From Calditrichia bacterium (GTDB lineage: Bacteria; Calditrichota; Calditrichia; RBG-13-44-9; J075), in assembly GCA_050633245.1 (NCBI GenBank), contig JBOEGD010000011.1:288001-352000 (forward strand): DNA of 64,000 nt, written 5' to 3'. The position numbers and the translations under genes were made by a program. Of the stretch, positions 48,972-57,800 are shown piece by piece. Within the stretch, counting starts at the first letter, position 1. Every line of letters begins with the position of its first letter. The notes below the pieces were generated by a model, which made no database searches, was not told where the DNA came from, and saw only the letters and a program-made list of their open reading frames with translations.

Positions 48972-50963
48972 TTAGTCTAATTGTCCTTTGAGGCGAAGTA
49001 TCTTGTCGCGAAGCTTAGCGGCCTTTTCAAAATCAAGTTCCATAGCCGCAGCCTTCATTTGTTCTTCAAGTCGTTCTACCAAATTCAGCCGGGAAAGTTC
49101 ATCCGTATAATCAAGCGCTTCAGTTTCTTCTTCAGGTTCCTTGTAACGACTTCGCATATCCGCAACGGATGTCGATTTCATGATCTCGTCTACGGTCTTA
49201 TAAACAGTCTTCGGAGAAATATTGTTTTCCTTGTTATGTTCTTCCTGAACCTTACGGCGGCGCTTCGTCGTTTCGATTGTTACGCCCATTGCTTTGGAAA
49301 TTCTGTCAGCATAAAATATCACCTTGCCGTTAGCATTGCGTGCTGCTCGTCCGGCAATTTGAAGGAGCGCAACTTCCGAGCGCAAAAAACCTTCTTTGTC
49401 TGCATCGAGAATGGCAACCAGTGATACTTCTGGCAAGTCGAGACCTTCACGAAGAAGATTAATTCCGACCAGCACATCATGTTCAGCCAAGCGTAAGTCA
49501 CGCAGAATATCGACTCGCTCAAGTGAATCAATCTCTGAGTGAATATAAGCGACCTTTACGCCAACGCCCTTAAGATAATCGGTTAAATCTTCCGACATAC
49601 GCTTGGTTAGCGTAAGCGCAAGAACACGCTCGCCTTTTTCCACGCGGGATCTGATCTCCTCCAGTAAATCGTCGATTTGCCCTTTGGTCGGGCGAACCTC
49701 AATAAGTGGATCGAGCAGGCCGGTAGGACGAATAACCTGTTCTACAACGACCCCTTTAGATAATTCAATTTCCTTTGGAGCCGGTGTAGCGGACACAAAA
49801 ATCGTCTGCTTGATACGTTCCATGAATTCCTCGGATTTCAGAGGACGATTGTCAAGCGCGCTTGGCAAACGAAAGCCGTGATCCACAAGCGTTGTTTTTC
49901 TGGCATGATCTCCGGCAAACATACCGCGAATTTGCGGCAGGGTTTGGTGCGACTCATCTACGAAGAGCAGAAAATCATCACCGAAAAAGTCCAGCAGCGT
50001 AAACGGCGGTTCTCCCTCGGCACGTCCGCCAATATGACGTGAGTAATTTTCAATGCCGCTGCAGAAGCCAATCTCCTGCATCATTTCGATATCATAATTG
50101 GTGCGCTGCTCCAGTCGTTGGGCTTCAAGTAACTTGCCCTGACCACGAAAACGCTCTAATTGACCTTCCAACTCTAACTTAATGCGTTCAATCGCGGCTT
50201 TAAGTTTGTCTTCGCTGGTAACGTGATGACTGGCGGGGAAAATTAGCACCTGCTCAACTTCCTCAAGAATTTCACCGGTTACAGAATCAATATATTGAAT
50301 CGTCTCGATTTCATCTCCGAACGTGTCCAGACGCACGGCATACTTTTCGTATGCGGGATATATCTCAATCACGTCGCCCATTACGCGGAAGGTACCGCGC
50401 TCTCGACTGATGTCGTTTCGTGAATATTGTATGTCTACCAGACTTCCAAAAATTTCGTAGCGTTCTATCGTCTGCCCTTTTTTGAGCAGAACCATCATTT
50501 TGCTGAAGTCGTCGGGTGATCCGATTCCATAAATACAGCTTACGCTGGCAACAATAATAACGTCTCTTCGAGACATTATTGAGGCAGTCGCCTTTAGACG
50601 TAATCTATCTATCTCTTCATTGACCGAGCTGTCCTTTGCCATATATGTATCAGTGGTAGGCAAATAGGCTTCCGGTTGGTAGTAATCGTAGTAACTGATA
50701 AAAAACTCAACGGCATTCTCAGGAAAGTACTGCTTGAATTCTCCGTAAAGCTGAGCCGCCAGCGTCTTGTTGTGCGAGAATATCAAAGTAGGGCGGTTTA
50801 GCTCGGCGATAATATTCGCCATCGTAAAGGTTTTGCCGCTTCCGGTAACACCAAGCAGCGTTTGAAATTGCTCACCGCGTCTCAGTGCTTCAGTTAGCTC
50901 TGAAATTGCTGCAGGTTGATCACCCATGGGTTTATATTTCGAAACAAGCTTGAACGTGTCCAT
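48972..50963 (-). CDS. uvrB: Excinuclease ABC subunit B
   Basis: GDQPAAI, LGVTGSGKTFT, SYYDYYQPEAY, DESH, GFRLPSALDNRPL, GINLLREGLD, C-terminal LDFEKAAKLRD. Confidence 0.98.
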   Translation of the reverse strand: MDTFKLVSKYKPMGDQPAAISELTEALRRGEQFQTLLGVTGSGKTFTMANIIAELNRPTLIFSHNKTLAAQLYGEFKQYFPENAVEFFISYYDYYQPEAYLPTTDTYMAKDSSVNEEIDRLRLKATASIMSRRDVIIVASVSCIYGIGSPDDFSKMMVLLKKGQTIERYEIFGSLVDIQYSRNDISRERGTFRVMGDVIEIYPAYEKYAVRLDTFGDEIETIQYIDSVTGEILEEVEQVLIFPASHHVTSEDKLKAAIERIKLELEGQLERFRGQGKLLEAQRLEQRTNYDIEMMQEIGFCSGIENYSRHIGGRAEGEPPFTLLDFFGDDFLLFVDESHQTLPQIRGMFAGDHARKTTLVDHGFRLPSALDNRPLKSEEFMERIKQTIFVSATPAPKEIELSKGVVVEQVIRPTGLLDPLIEVRPTKGQIDDLLEEIRSRVEKGERVLALTLTKRMSEDLTDYLKGVGVKVAYIHSEIDSLERVDILRDLRLAEHDVLVGINLLREGLDLPEVSLVAILDADKEGFLRSEVALLQIAGRAARNANGKVIFYADRISKAMGVTIETTKRRRKVQEEHNKENNISPKTVYKTVDEIMKSTSVADMRSRYKEPEEETEALDYTDELSRLNLVERLEEQMKAAAMELDFEKAAKLRDKILRLKGQLD

Positions 50964-51160
50964 TTCTCTCCAAAATTATAAGCTGGCTAAATTTATATCG
51001 GACAGCCTGCTAAAGCAATTACTGATTGCCGCTATTTGGATTGAATCAGGATTTTTATTTTTGATTATCATATTATAATGACGATCACGTTACAAGGCTG
51101 AAAATTAGGCTAACATCGTTGCATCTACTCTTCCGACTATAGAATTACGGGGATTTTACT

Positions 51161-53344
51161 ATGACTACTGAAAAGAAGCGATCTGAATCTGTTTCAACAT
51201 TAACAAATTTTCTAAGGCGCGATAAGGACGAAAGTTCCAGCACCGGGAAGTTTGGCATGATGGGCGGCGTCTTTTCGCCGACGCTGCTGACAATTCTCGG
51301 CGTTATTATGTATCTGCGTCTCGGCTGGGTTGTTGGAAATGCCGGATTGATTGGTGCGATAGCTATCATTATTCTCGCCAATTTAATTACTCTATGTACC
51401 GCTTTGTCTATGGCATCAATTACTACCAATATTAAAATTGGTGCCGGTGGAGCGTATTCAATTATCAGCAAATCGCTCGGGCTGGAAACCGGTGGGAGTG
51501 TTGGGATACCCTTTTATGTGTCCCAAACGCTATCTGCTGCGTTATACATTGTTGGTTTTACCGAAGGTTGGAAATATCTTTTTCCGGATCACCCGGCGTT
51601 AGTAGTAGGGTTAATAACCTGGGCTATATTAATGACCATTTCGTACGTAAGTACTGAGTTCGCAATCAAGATTCAGTATGTGATTATGGCGATTATTGTG
51701 TTCTCGCTCATCTCCTTTGGAATGACGCCGAACGAACCTGTTACCATGCGTGAAATGGTTGGAGATTTTAGTTCAGGAGGCTTCTGGTATGTGTTTGCCG
51801 TCTTCTTTCCCGCGGTAACCGGGATTATGGCCGGAGCCAATATGTCGGGTGATTTGAAAGATCCGCGCCGTGCTATTCCCGTTGGTACACTTGCTGCCAT
51901 CGCAGTAACGTCGGTTATCTATATCGTACTGGCCTGGGCACTTGCGACCTATATTCCGCGTGAGGAGCTGTTGAACAATCAGATGGCAATGGTAGACAGC
52001 GCCGCGTTTGGCAATGCCATTATTGCCGGAATTCTGGCAGCGACTTTTTCTTCTGCCTTGGGAAGTATGTTAGGTTCACCGCGTATTCTTCAGGCGCTTG
52101 CCGAACAAAAGACGGTGCCGTTTCCAACGTTCTTTGCACAACGGACCGAAAAGAATGAGCCACGTAATGCTATTGTCTTTACAGGTATCATTATTGTTGT
52201 TGCTCTGATTCCGGGCGATCTGGACTTTTTAGCTACAATTATCACAATGTTTTTTATGATCACCTATGGCATGCTAAACCTGGTAGTCTTTATTCAGCAA
52301 AGCATGAAGATTCTTAGTTTTCGGCCGACCTTCCGTATTCCGAGGTTTGTTTCCTTTTTCGGAGCCTGTAGCTGTATCTTTATGATGTTTCTGATTAACC
52401 CGGCCTTCAGTATTTTTGCAATTGTTGTGATTATCAGCTTGTATGTTTGGCTTACCCGAAAGGAGCTTCAGGCAGACTGGGGTGATGTACGCGGTGGCAT
52501 GTTCCTGATTATGGCCGAGCGCGCTTCGCGAATCGCAGCAAAATTTCCACGTCACTTTGTTAGTTGGAAACCAGACTTACTGCTTCCGATTGACGATCCC
52601 AATGTATGGGCCGGTCCACTGCTGTTTATTCGCAGTCTTACTCACCCCTCTGGAAGCGTTTTTGCCTTTTCGATTGAAGACGAGAAGCGCGCTGAAGTGC
52701 AAACTCAATTGGATAAACTATTAACGCCGCTGCGAACAGGTGGAATTACCGTTAATTCAACAGTTGTTGAAGACGTCAACTTTACCCATGGTGCGAAGCT
52801 GGTTATACAAACGCTAAAGGGCGGAACCTTCAGACCCAACACATTGTTTTTGACACTGTCGAAAGACAAAAAGAATGACCAGAGCGTTGAGGAAATGGTC
52901 GGGCAGGCAGCTGGTGACGAGATGGGCGTGCTTATTCTTCATCAGCATGACAGGGTTTCCTTTGGAATGCAAAAGGATGTTAACCTTTGGCTGCGTGAAA
53001 AAAGCCCGAATTGGCATTTAGCAGTTTTGATGGGGCTGCAGCTACAGCTAAACTGGGGTGGTAAGCTCAACCTGATAGCATCTGCCGAAACCGAGGAAGA
53101 TAGTCAGCGTATTCACGAATTCCTTGAGCGGCTTAGTGACACGGCACGATTGCCTTCCATGACAAATTTTCATGTTGTGATAGGAAATTTTCAAGAAACA
53201 ATTGAGGCGGCGCCAAAAGCTGACGTTAATATATTTGGGCTAGGCGAAAAACCGTCATTCGACTTTATGCGGGGCGTGGTGAACAAAACAAATTCATCCT
53301 GCCTTTTTGTAAAAGATTCAGGTCATGAGAGTGCATTGGTCTAA
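51161..53344 (+). CDS. Prokaryotic cation-chloride cotransporter (SLC12-like amino-acid-permease fold)
   Basis: GVFSPTLLTILGVIMYLRLGWVVG, FAVFFPAVTGIMAGANMSGDLKDP, SPRILQALA; cytoplasmic C-terminal domain. Confidence 0.9.
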   Translation: MTTEKKRSESVSTLTNFLRRDKDESSSTGKFGMMGGVFSPTLLTILGVIMYLRLGWVVGNAGLIGAIAIIILANLITLCTALSMASITTNIKIGAGGAYSIISKSLGLETGGSVGIPFYVSQTLSAALYIVGFTEGWKYLFPDHPALVVGLITWAILMTISYVSTEFAIKIQYVIMAIIVFSLISFGMTPNEPVTMREMVGDFSSGGFWYVFAVFFPAVTGIMAGANMSGDLKDPRRAIPVGTLAAIAVTSVIYIVLAWALATYIPREELLNNQMAMVDSAAFGNAIIAGILAATFSSALGSMLGSPRILQALAEQKTVPFPTFFAQRTEKNEPRNAIVFTGIIIVVALIPGDLDFLATIITMFFMITYGMLNLVVFIQQSMKILSFRPTFRIPRFVSFFGACSCIFMMFLINPAFSIFAIVVIISLYVWLTRKELQADWGDVRGGMFLIMAERASRIAAKFPRHFVSWKPDLLLPIDDPNVWAGPLLFIRSLTHPSGSVFAFSIEDEKRAEVQTQLDKLLTPLRTGGITVNSTVVEDVNFTHGAKLVIQTLKGGTFRPNTLFLTLSKDKKNDQSVEEMVGQAAGDEMGVLILHQHDRVSFGMQKDVNLWLREKSPNWHLAVLMGLQLQLNWGGKLNLIASAETEEDSQRIHEFLERLSDTARLPSMTNFHVVIGNFQETIEAAPKADVNIFGLGEKPSFDFMRGVVNKTNSSCLFVKDSGHESALV

Positions 53345-53512
53345 GATTGGATTTTCGCTTTTCCTGTTGGAAAGATTCATTCTAATTGACTATATTTGGG
53401 ACTTGAAAACAACCTAATCTTATACTAAAAACAGCCTTGTCGAAGACTTGTCACCAGGTGGACGATGCCTTTTTGGCACGCCGCAGCTGTTAAAATTTCG
53501 GAGGTATCTAAT

Positions 53513-54565
53513 ATGAGCAAGACAGCCGAACTGCTCGGAAAAGAAGCAGAATCACTACTGGGACACGAGTGTAAAACAATTGACAAAAAACATCTTCATC
53601 TTCCGGGTTCAGATTTTGTAGACCGTGTATTTGCGGACAGCGATCGCTCTATAAACGTTATGCGCAACCTACAGACGATCTACAATCACGGACGTTTAGC
53701 CAATACCGGCTATATTTCCATTCTGCCGGTTGATCAGGGAATTGAGCACTCCGCCGGTGCATCGTTTGCGCCGAATCCGATCTACTTCGATCCGGAGAAT
53801 ATTGTAAGGCTGGCAATTGAGGGCGGCTGTAATGCAGTTGCCTCAACATATGGCGTTCTGTCAATGGTTGCACGAAAATATGCCCACAAAATTCCATTTA
53901 TTATGAAGATCAATCATAATGAGCTTCTGAGCTATCCGAATACGCATGATCAGATTATGTTTGCGAGTATCGATCAGGCCTATGAAATGGGCGCACTGGC
54001 TGTTGGGGCAACCATTTACTTTGGTTCTGAAGACAGTGATCGTCAGATTCAAGAAGTTTCAGAAGCATTTGAATATGCGCACAGTCTTGGTTTGGTAACT
54101 ATCCTTTGGGCGTATACTCGTAACTCAGCATTTAAATCTGATAAAGACTATCACGTTTCTGCTGATCTGACCGGTCAGGCAAATCATCTTGCTGCGACAA
54201 TTGGTGCAGATATTGTAAAGCAGAAGCAGCCGGAGAACAACGGTGGCTACAATTCGCTCGACAATTTTGGCAAGACGCACCCGAAGGTGTACAGCGAACT
54301 GTCATCCGATCACCCGATTGACCTAACGCGCTATCAGGTTGCGAACTGCTATATGGGACGTGCCGGTTTAATCAATTCCGGTGGTGCTTCCGGTGGCGAT
54401 AGCGATATGGCTCAGGCCGTGCGTACTGCTGTTATCAATAAGCGTGCCGGTGGCATGGGACTGATTTCCGGTCGTAAGGCCTTCCAGCGTCCGATGAAGG
54501 ATGGTGTTGAGATTCTCAATGCAATTCAGGACGTGTTCTCCGACGATTCTATTACGATTGCTTAA
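53513..54565 (+). CDS. fbaB: Class I fructose-bisphosphate aldolase (DhnA type)
   Basis: [48 protein letters not shown]; GGAGG RBS before the ATG at 53513. Confidence 0.96.
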   Translation: MSKTAELLGKEAESLLGHECKTIDKKHLHLPGSDFVDRVFADSDRSINVMRNLQTIYNHGRLANTGYISILPVDQGIEHSAGASFAPNPIYFDPENIVRLAIEGGCNAVASTYGVLSMVARKYAHKIPFIMKINHNELLSYPNTHDQIMFASIDQAYEMGALAVGATIYFGSEDSDRQIQEVSEAFEYAHSLGLVTILWAYTRNSAFKSDKDYHVSADLTGQANHLAATIGADIVKQKQPENNGGYNSLDNFGKTHPKVYSELSSDHPIDLTRYQVANCYMGRAGLINSGGASGGDSDMAQAVRTAVINKRAGGMGLISGRKAFQRPMKDGVEILNAIQDVFSDDSITIA

Positions 54566-54606
54566 CACATTAAAACTGCTCCAATCTTTCTTTCAAAGAC
54601 TGCAAA

Positions 54607-54644
54607 CAAAGAACCCGCTACAGAATTCTGCAGCGGGTTCTTTG
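54607..54644. terminator. Bidirectional intrinsic terminator between convergent fbaB and amylase genes
   Basis: CAAAGAACCCGCT-A-CAG-AATT-CTG-C-AGCGGGTTCTTTG. Confidence 0.8.
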
Positions 54645-54670
54645 CGAGGCACATGGATTTACTCAGGGTT

Positions 54671-57010
54671 CTATTTCATTAACATCATTTTTTGTGTATA
54701 CACAACGCCCTGCCATTGAACGCTGAGGAAATAAACGCCGCTTGGCTGCTCGCGGGCATCCCACTGCATCGAGTGGCTACCAGCCTGTGCATCTTCATCG
54801 ACCAAGCGTATAACATGCTGGCCGAGTGCGTTAAACACATCAACCTTCACTCGACCTTCAGACGGCAACTGATAACGAATCGTTGTTTGCGGATTAAAAG
54901 GATTCGGATAGTTGCTTAGTAATGAGAATTCCGCCGGAACTGCCGTTACAACACCTCCGTTATCTGCGATGCTACCCACTTTACTATAAGCGAGGTAATC
55001 GGACTGTTTAACATATACTGCATATCCACGTGCCGGTGCAGAGACATAAACGCGGCCATCGCCATACACCTGTGTCGTCTGTGTATTGTCAAAGGCATTT
55101 ACCAGAGTGGTATTGGCCCAGTTACCCCAACCGGAAGGAGAACTGTCCACCCAAAGACCTTTAGTCTGGCTATCGTGGTTGTTGATAACCACAATCGCTC
55201 CATCACGTGTGCCATTGCCTGCGCGACGTGCAGCATAGACATGATACGTGTCGCCGGAGGGCCAGGGATTGCCAACGTCGCTCAAAACGGTGAGTCCACC
55301 ACCCAGGTAGTTCTTGCGAACGTGAATGAGTTTTTTGAGATCATCCTTCAAGCTACTTGGCGGAGTGACCGTATAGCTGCTGTTGTGTGCATCTACCTGT
55401 GTTACACCATAAAAGTGCGAATAAAAGATACAGGGGCGCCCTTCATGCGTTACTGTGTAGGCATAGGCCATGTCCCAATCCTTTGTAACCCATTTATCGT
55501 GTTCTTTTCCAGTGTCGTGATTATCCACGAAAGTAACAATTGATGTCCCCGGCAGGCCGTTGCCCTGATTGTTGCGAACCATTCCTGCATTATTTAGGTT
55601 CTTCATATCAAACGAGCTTTGATTGCCGTTCGTCATCCCGGTCAGCGTAAACTTTAATGGGAAATCGAAGCCGTCGACATCAGCATTGTTTGTTGCCACA
55701 GCATTCACCCAATCGCGGATTCGATAGTCAGCTCCCCAATATTCACCGACAATAAAGCGCTGGCTGCCATTTAGTTTCGGAAGATTGTTTACCCAATCCG
55801 CTACGTAGCTTTCCTGAAAACCACGGACAAAGTCCAAACGAAATCCGTCGAATCCGATTTCATCAGCCATCCAATAGCCCCAGTCGTTCAGGCGATTCTG
55901 CACTGTGGTACTAAAGGTATTTATATCATTACCAAAAAATTTGGTGTTGGTGATTATCTCATCGCTGCCCGGATAACCCAGCCAGTCGCTATTGTCTACA
56001 GGGTGAAAATCAGAATACGTCCAGGAGTGGTTGGCCTCGCCGGTCCCGGTATGCGTTACGTAGTTAATGCCGGTGTTGGTTTGCGCCTCAAGCGTAGAGT
56101 TGGCCAGGTTCGATCCATTGTGCCAAACAGCTGCTGGATAGTAGCCATTGTTCTGGCTCGCCCAGGCCCATTCCCAGGATCCGCTACTGGTGTCTTCAAA
56201 GCGGGCGGTAAGGCGAATTTCAATGTCGTTTGATGAGGACAGAGTGATTTTGTATTCGTCGACTGCAGAAGCGTTCTCAATGTGCGCGCGAACTGTCTGG
56301 CCAGAGCCCGGGAAGTTGTTGAATTGTCCACCGCCGTTGTTGGGTTCAGATTCCCAGGAAGGTGTGCCATTGCTACCGGCACCCGTCCAGTCGATCTGCA
56401 AGTCGTAGCCGCGCACCGTGTTTGCAGCTACCCAGTCCAGCAGATAACCCTTAATTTGAATATAGTAGTCGCCTGTTCCGGCGTTCGGAATAGTCCAGAC
56501 GATTTCATTGGTAGGATACGATTGATATTGTGTGCCGTTGCGATAGGCATGGTCATAAACATATTGCTTTACCGCAGGATTCGCTTCACGCTCATCTTCA
56601 CTGGTATAAAGGTGGTTTAAAACAATGTCGGCATACACTTCTATTTTCGGGCTCTGATGCATGGTTGAAATCATGCTTTCCAGCTCCGCCCGACTACCGA
56701 ACCGCGTTTCCGTTGTGCCTTTTTGATTATAGTTGCCAAGATCATAATGATCCCAGATGCCATAACCCATATCGTAAATGCCAAAATTTCCTTTGGAAGG
56801 GGAAGGCACCCAAATACCGGTGATACCTGCATTTTTTAATTCTGATGATTTTGAAGAGAGATTATCCCACCATGTGCCATTGTTCGTCGTGGCATCTACC
56901 GGAACGTCCCAGTAAAACGCCTGCATCATGGCATCATCCTGCGAAAGTGCCGGAAACGAAAAACACGCAGTAATGAGTGTCGCCAGAATTATCGTGCTTA
57001 TACGCTGCAT
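54671..57010 (-). CDS. Secreted GH13 alpha-amylase with inserted beta-domain and C-terminal sorting (T9SS type A-like) domain
   Basis: MMQAFYWD, MGY..WD.YDLG, ETRFGS, DIVLNH, GFRLDFV (D), VGEYW (E), FVDNHDT (D); C-terminal NYPNPFNP...SGVYF...KMMLMK; AGGAGG RBS before the ATG at 57010. Confidence 0.93.
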   Translation of the reverse strand: MQRISTIILATLITACFSFPALSQDDAMMQAFYWDVPVDATTNNGTWWDNLSSKSSELKNAGITGIWVPSPSKGNFGIYDMGYGIWDHYDLGNYNQKGTTETRFGSRAELESMISTMHQSPKIEVYADIVLNHLYTSEDEREANPAVKQYVYDHAYRNGTQYQSYPTNEIVWTIPNAGTGDYYIQIKGYLLDWVAANTVRGYDLQIDWTGAGSNGTPSWESEPNNGGGQFNNFPGSGQTVRAHIENASAVDEYKITLSSSNDIEIRLTARFEDTSSGSWEWAWASQNNGYYPAAVWHNGSNLANSTLEAQTNTGINYVTHTGTGEANHSWTYSDFHPVDNSDWLGYPGSDEIITNTKFFGNDINTFSTTVQNRLNDWGYWMADEIGFDGFRLDFVRGFQESYVADWVNNLPKLNGSQRFIVGEYWGADYRIRDWVNAVATNNADVDGFDFPLKFTLTGMTNGNQSSFDMKNLNNAGMVRNNQGNGLPGTSIVTFVDNHDTGKEHDKWVTKDWDMAYAYTVTHEGRPCIFYSHFYGVTQVDAHNSSYTVTPPSSLKDDLKKLIHVRKNYLGGGLTVLSDVGNPWPSGDTYHVYAARRAGNGTRDGAIVVINNHDSQTKGLWVDSSPSGWGNWANTTLVNAFDNTQTTQVYGDGRVYVSAPARGYAVYVKQSDYLAYSKVGSIADNGGVVTAVPAEFSLLSNYPNPFNPQTTIRYQLPSEGRVKVDVFNALGQHVIRLVDEDAQAGSHSMQWDAREQPSGVYFLSVQWQGVVYTQKMMLMK

Positions 57011-57123
57011 ATGAATTCCTCCTGTAGGGGTTAATACTATACGAGTATAGCCAGATATCTTTATTAGAGGCAACTCCCCAAATGCAGGGTTTTTGGCAGA
57101 GTATGTGATTTTACTGAGAAAAA

Positions 57124-57141
57124 CCTACCCAAATGGGTAGG
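57124..57141. promoter_or_regulatory. Palindrome CCTACCCA-AA-TGGGTAGG upstream of the amylase (candidate operator)
   Basis: Perfect 8-2-8 inverted repeat; related copy CTCCCCAAATG at 57074-57084. Confidence 0.5.
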
Positions 57142-57152
57142 AGGGGTGGATT

Positions 57153-57791
57153 TTATACCATTCCAGTGCGAAGGGCTTTGGCAACGGCTTCAGACTTGGA
57201 ATGCACGTGTAGCTTGCGATATATATTGCGAAAGTGAAAACGCACTGTTTCGATGCTAACACCCATGGATGTTGCTGTAGCTTTTGAACTTTCGCCATCT
57301 ACCAGTCGACGAAGAACCTCGAATTCACGTGGCGTAAGCGGTTCATCATCTGTCTTTTTTGCAGGAGAATTGGATTTCTGAAAAAAGTCTACAACTTTGC
57401 GGGCAATATGCGAGCTCATCGGCGCACCGCCGTTTGCGGCATCACGAATAGCTTCAAGAAGCTGAGCCGGTGGCGTTTTCTTTACCAAATAACCCACTGC
57501 TCCGGCACAGAGTGCTCGAAACACCATGTCATTTTCTTCATATACCGTCAACATCAAAATAGCGCAGTCCAGCTCCTTCTCCCGAAGTAGACGGATTCCA
57601 TCAATTCCGGACATTCCGGGCAAATCGACATCCATTAACATGACGTCGGGCTTTAGGCCTTCAACTTCAAGGAGCATGTCTTCGCAGCATTCATACACTG
57701 CGCTACAGACATATCCATCCGTACCATCGATCAGCATTTGCAGGCCTTCTCGTATCATTTCCCGATCTTCTACAATGGCTACATGAATCAT
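57153..57791 (-). CDS. NarL/FixJ (LuxR-HTH) response regulator
   Basis: IVED, LMDVDLPGMSG, GAVGYLVK, LTPREFEVL...SIETVRFHFRNIYRKLHV. Confidence 0.95.
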   Translation of the reverse strand: MIHVAIVEDREMIREGLQMLIDGTDGYVCSAVYECCEDMLLEVEGLKPDVMLMDVDLPGMSGIDGIRLLREKELDCAILMLTVYEENDMVFRALCAGAVGYLVKKTPPAQLLEAIRDAANGGAPMSSHIARKVVDFFQKSNSPAKKTDDEPLTPREFEVLRRLVDGESSKATATSMGVSIETVRFHFRNIYRKLHVHSKSEAVAKALRTGMV

Positions 57792-57800
57792 ATTTATTCC

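Noticed and set aside
50964-51160. SOS/LexA box upstream of uvrB
   Set aside because: No LexA motif I recognise; only weak AT-rich palindromes.
53473-53490. TTGGCACG upstream of fbaB as a sigma54 promoter
   Set aside because: GG to GC spacing is 9 nt, not the required 10, and there is no TTGC.
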